The position numbers and the translations under genes were made by a program. The notes below the pieces were generated by a model. It saw only the letters and a list, made by a program, of their open reading frames with translations. It was not told the origin of the DNA and ran no database searches. From Patescibacteria group bacterium (GTDB lineage: Bacteria > Patescibacteriota > Minisyncoccia > UBA6257 > UBA9933): DNA of 64,000 bases. Numbering within the stretch: the stretch's first letter is position 1; each line of letters starts with the position of its first letter. The DNA lies in assembly GCA_038078555.1 (NCBI GenBank), contig JBBTYQ010000005.1, positions 6,266-70,265 of the forward strand. The letters are read 5' to 3'. Positions 61,123-64,000 of the stretch are shown piece after piece.

Positions 61123-61344
61123 ATGAGAGTTTTTATTAAAGCAAAGCCAAACTCCAAGCAAAACAAAGTTTCAAAAATTAGCGAAAATATTTTTGAAGTT
61201 TTTGTTAAAGAACCGCCAGTCGATAACAAAGCAAACGAAGCGATAATAAAAAGCCTTGCTGATTATTTTGGAATTCCTAAATCAAATATAAAAATAATTT
61301 CAGGGGCATCTTCCAAGCAAAAAATTATTGAAGTTGTTTTATAA
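61123..61344 (+). CDS. DUF167 (YggU) family protein
   Basis: 73 aa. IKAKPNSKQNKV...VKEPPVDNKANEAIIKSLADYF pattern. Confidence 0.7.
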   Translation: MRVFIKAKPNSKQNKVSKISENIFEVFVKEPPVDNKANEAIIKSLADYFGIPKSNIKIISGASSKQKIIEVVL

Positions 61345-61346
61345 CG

Positions 61347-62120
61347 ATGGTTTTGTATAATTTACTAATGTTTGCAAAACCAGCTAAAAGAAGCAGAAAT
61401 ATTTATAATCCCGCATCAAACGAGCCATTTAAATTAAGCCGTTCAAAAATCGAATTGTTTATTGAATGCCCGAGGTGTTTTTATGTTGACCGGAGATTGG
61501 GTGTTGGGCGGCCAGAAGGGCTGCCGTTTACTTTAAACAAAGCGGTTGATGCGTTAATGAAAAAAGAATTTGACATTCACCGCGCTAAAAATCAGGCGCA
61601 CCCTCTGATGAAAAAATATAACATTGATGCCGTTCCCTTCAGTCACAAAAATATGGGCAAATGGCGGGAGAATTTTGTAGGTGTTCAGTATTTGCATGAA
61701 TCAACTAATTTTATCATCACTGGAGCGGTTGACGATATTTGGATTAATCGCCAAAAAGAGCTTTTGGTTGTTGATTATAAGGCCACCAGCACCACCAGAG
61801 AAATTACGCTTGATGAAGAATACCGCCAAGGTTACAAAAGGCAGATGGAGATTTATCAGTGGCTTTTAAGACAAAATGATTTTTTAGTTTCCAATACCGG
61901 ATATTTTGTTTATGTTAACGGCAAAGCCGACAAAGAATCTTTTGACGGAAAACTGGAGTTTGATGTCCAAATTTTATCTTACGAAGGGAATGATAACTGG
62001 GTGGAAAAAACAATTATTGAAGCTCATAAATGCCTTAATTCCGAAAAAAATCCTCAAGCATCGGCAAATTGCAAATATTGCTCTTACGCAAAAGCGCGAG
62101 AAGAAGCCAAAGCGATTTAA
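61347..62120 (+). CDS. PD-(D/E)XK nuclease, Cas4/RecB-like, with four Cys
   Basis: Motifs GAVDDIW, VVDYKAT (D-x-K), QMEIYQWLL (QxxxY). CPRC near the N-terminus and CKYC at the C-terminus. Confidence 0.7.
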   Translation: MVLYNLLMFAKPAKRSRNIYNPASNEPFKLSRSKIELFIECPRCFYVDRRLGVGRPEGLPFTLNKAVDALMKKEFDIHRAKNQAHPLMKKYNIDAVPFSHKNMGKWRENFVGVQYLHESTNFIITGAVDDIWINRQKELLVVDYKATSTTREITLDEEYRQGYKRQMEIYQWLLRQNDFLVSNTGYFVYVNGKADKESFDGKLEFDVQILSYEGNDNWVEKTIIEAHKCLNSEKNPQASANCKYCSYAKAREEAKAI

Positions 62121-62193
62121 ACTTGCAAAAAATCGCATTTTGTTCTATTATATAACCAGCGTTTGATTTGAAAACCAAATAAGGAGAGGGAAA

Positions 62194-63399
62194 ATGGATG
62201 ACTTAATGAGACTTTCAAGAAGGCTTATCAGCAGCGTGACTTATCGTGAATTGAGAAAGGTGGTTACAGAAGAAGCGATTAAAATTTTTAAAGCGGATAG
62301 ATCTTGTTTAATAATCAAGAATAAAAAAGGCGAATTCAAGATCAAAGCTGGAGTCCCCGAGGAAGATCATGGCATAGGCGAAATTATCACTCCGCAAACA
62401 GGAGAAAAATTTCTTGCCGATGTTTTAAAATTCAGAATGCCGATGGTGGTGGAAAAGCCCTTGCATGACTCAAGAGTTTTTCATATGCGGGATATTGTAA
62501 TAAAATATGATATTACCGCGATTTTGTTGCTTACGATTTTTACCAACACAGAAGATCTGGGCATATTGGCGCTTGATTATACAGGCAGAAAAAAAATCTC
62601 CAAAGAAGTATTTTTGAAAATAAAAGATTTTAATTCGCTTGCAGCAGAAGCTCTTTTGGCGGCTTACCGAAGAAAGAAAGAGGAAGAAGACCTTTTAAGG
62701 AAACAAAGATTTATCATTTTAGGCGAAAAATATGCCGAATTTTGTCATGATACAAGAAATGATTCTGTAGCAATAAACACTTTTGCAAAATCTTTGCTTA
62801 ATCTAAATTTTCCGGAAGAAAAAAGGCGCGAGTATCTCGAGAAAATCATTTCAAAAGCAAAGCATTTTGAAAATGTCGCGCAAGACGCGCTTAATTGCGT
62901 AAATTTAGATAATATATGCAAATTAGACAGCGCAAAATCGGACAGCTTAAAATTAGAAAAAATCTTGCTTAATAAATTTCTGGAAGAATGCGCGAAAGAT
63001 TTTATTCTTGTGGCAAACGGGTGCAAGATAAGGTTTTGGGGCGATAGAAGGCTGGAAAAAATAAGGGTTTATGCTGACCCTCAAAAACTTTCCGCCGCCT
63101 TGAGAAACATTGTCCTTAATGCCATTGAAGCTTCGGCAAAAAATGTTGTAATTGCCGGCGCTATAAAAGGCCGGACGACTTTAATAACCGTTTTAAATGA
63201 CGGAGAAAAAATCGATCCGCAAATTAAAGATCATATTTTTTCTCGTTTTGCGACCACTAAAAAAAATATCGGCGGAACAGGCATAGGTTTGGCCAATGTA
63301 AAAGCAACGATAGATCTTCACAAAGGCGACATCAAAGTTGCGGAAAATGGTAAGTTTACTTTTTTCAATATTCGTATTCCTGTTTTTCCTTACGCTTGA
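62194..63399 (+). CDS. cytoplasmic GAF-domain sensor histidine kinase
   Basis: SD AAGGAGAGGG. N-terminal GAF-like region. H-box EFCHDTRND, N box NIVLNAIEAS, G box GGTGIGLANV. Confidence 0.75.
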   Translation: MDDLMRLSRRLISSVTYRELRKVVTEEAIKIFKADRSCLIIKNKKGEFKIKAGVPEEDHGIGEIITPQTGEKFLADVLKFRMPMVVEKPLHDSRVFHMRDIVIKYDITAILLLTIFTNTEDLGILALDYTGRKKISKEVFLKIKDFNSLAAEALLAAYRRKKEEEDLLRKQRFIILGEKYAEFCHDTRNDSVAINTFAKSLLNLNFPEEKRREYLEKIISKAKHFENVAQDALNCVNLDNICKLDSAKSDSLKLEKILLNKFLEECAKDFILVANGCKIRFWGDRRLEKIRVYADPQKLSAALRNIVLNAIEASAKNVVIAGAIKGRTTLITVLNDGEKIDPQIKDHIFSRFATTKKNIGGTGIGLANVKATIDLHKGDIKVAENGKFTFFNIRIPVFPYA

Positions 63400-63416
63400 T
63401 AGCTTAGTAATATGAT

Positions 63417-63447
63417 AATCCCTCCTAATCAGAGGGATTTTTTTTGA
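63417..63447 (+). terminator. rho-independent terminator
   Basis: AATCCCTC-ctaatca-GAGGGATT followed by TTTTTT. Confidence 0.85.
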
Positions 63448-63472
63448 CAAACTATAAATATAAGCTTAAAAT
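63444..63472 (+). promoter_or_regulatory. sigma-70-type promoter (TTGACA-17-TAAAAT) immediately upstream of typA
   Basis: -35 at 63444-63449, 17-nt spacer, -10 at 63467-63472. The ATG at 63486 is only 13 nt past the -10. Confidence 0.55.
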
Positions 63473-63485
63473 AAGCACTGTTTTT

Positions 63486-64000
63486 ATGAATATACGAAAC
63501 ATCGCAATAATTGCCCACGTTGACCACGGAAAAACCACGTTGGTTGACGCTCTATTAAAGCAATCAGAAAATTTTAAAATCAGGGCTGACGAGACTAAAG
63601 ATTTGATAATGGATTCCAATGAGCTTGAGCGCGAGCGCGGCATTACTATTTTCTCCAAAAACGCTTCAATTAAATACAAAGACGTAAAGATTAATATCGT
63701 TGATACGCCGGGTCATGCTGATTTTGGTGGAGAAGTGGAGCGCATTATGAGAATGGTTGACGGAGTTTTGCTTTTGGTTGATGCCAAAGAAGGCCCGATG
63801 CCTCAAACCAAGTTCGTTTTAAGAAAAGCGATTCAAGCCGGTCATAAAATAATTCTCGTAATTAATAAAATTGACAAGCCCGATGCGCGACCCCAATGGG
63901 CACTTAATGCCGCTTATGATCTTTTTATAGAGCTTGATGCGAGTGAAGAGCAGGTAAATTGTCCGGTGATTTATTCTTCTTCAATTCAAGGCAAGGCTGG
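63486..64000 (+). CDS. typA: translational GTPase TypA/BipA (5' part, runs off the window)
   Basis: My own translation: [27 protein letters not shown]...[13 protein letters not shown]...[17 protein letters not shown]...VINKID. Not in the ORF track because no stop falls inside the window. Confidence 0.9.
   Translation, partial: MNIRNIAIIAHVDHGKTTLVDALLKQSENFKIRADETKDLIMDSNELERERGITIFSKNASIKYKDVKINIVDTPGHADFGGEVERIMRMVDGVLLLVDAKEGPMPQTKFVLRKAIQAGHKIILVINKIDKPDARPQWALNAAYDLFIELDASEEQVNCPVIYSSSIQGKA

Overview
This is a gene-dense, AT-rich 64-kb fragment (roughly 35-40% GC judged by eye, not computed), with most genes on the + strand. The gene content points to a Candidate Phyla Radiation / Patescibacteria-type bacterium: many type IV pilins, small four-helix-bundle and GIY-YIG ORFs wedged inside operons, giant secreted repeat proteins and almost no biosynthesis. 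That taxonomic call is inference only. Layout: 1-5.1 kb holds a CPH-type copper P1B-ATPase with two small upstream partners, then dinB. 5.1-29.2 kb is type IV pilus (T4P) locus 1: pilin-like genes, three giant secreted proteins, a pilM/N fusion, a pilO-like gene, a four-gene sensory module, a major pilin, pilB and pilC. Next come tRNA-Arg(GCG), recG and comF (-). 32.9-43.3 kb is T4P locus 2: pilM-N-O, pilB, pilT, pilC, pilin, pilD and four minor pilins. ligA follows. 45.5-51 kb is a mixed-strand accessory stretch with a peptidoglycan-binding/FN3 protein carrying an acidic tract, glgC, an AT-rich islet with a HEPN (AbiV-like) candidate, tRNA-Asn, a GIY-YIG ORF and a tRNA 5'-half relic. 51-64 kb is mostly housekeeping: metal ABC transporter, msrB-msrA fusion, sigma-70, truB, cell-wall enzymes, a Cas4-like nuclease, a GAF kinase and the 5' part of typA. 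I saw no rRNA, CRISPR array, transposase or integrase. The signals most worth a second look are: (1) pilus locus 1, which embeds about 2,800 aa of secreted adhesin, propeller and muramidase proteins and its own signalling module; (2) an unexplained family of in-phase 8-nt WWWAGCTW repeat arrays that fill the leaders of several pilus genes in both loci; (3) an uncharacterised domain shared by two of the giant proteins, one copy of which is a 100% identical 378-bp duplicate; (4) small selfish-looking GIY-YIG and four-helix-bundle cassettes bounded by inverted repeats, and a tRNA 5'-half duplication. All functional calls rest on motifs read from the translations; no database search was possible.
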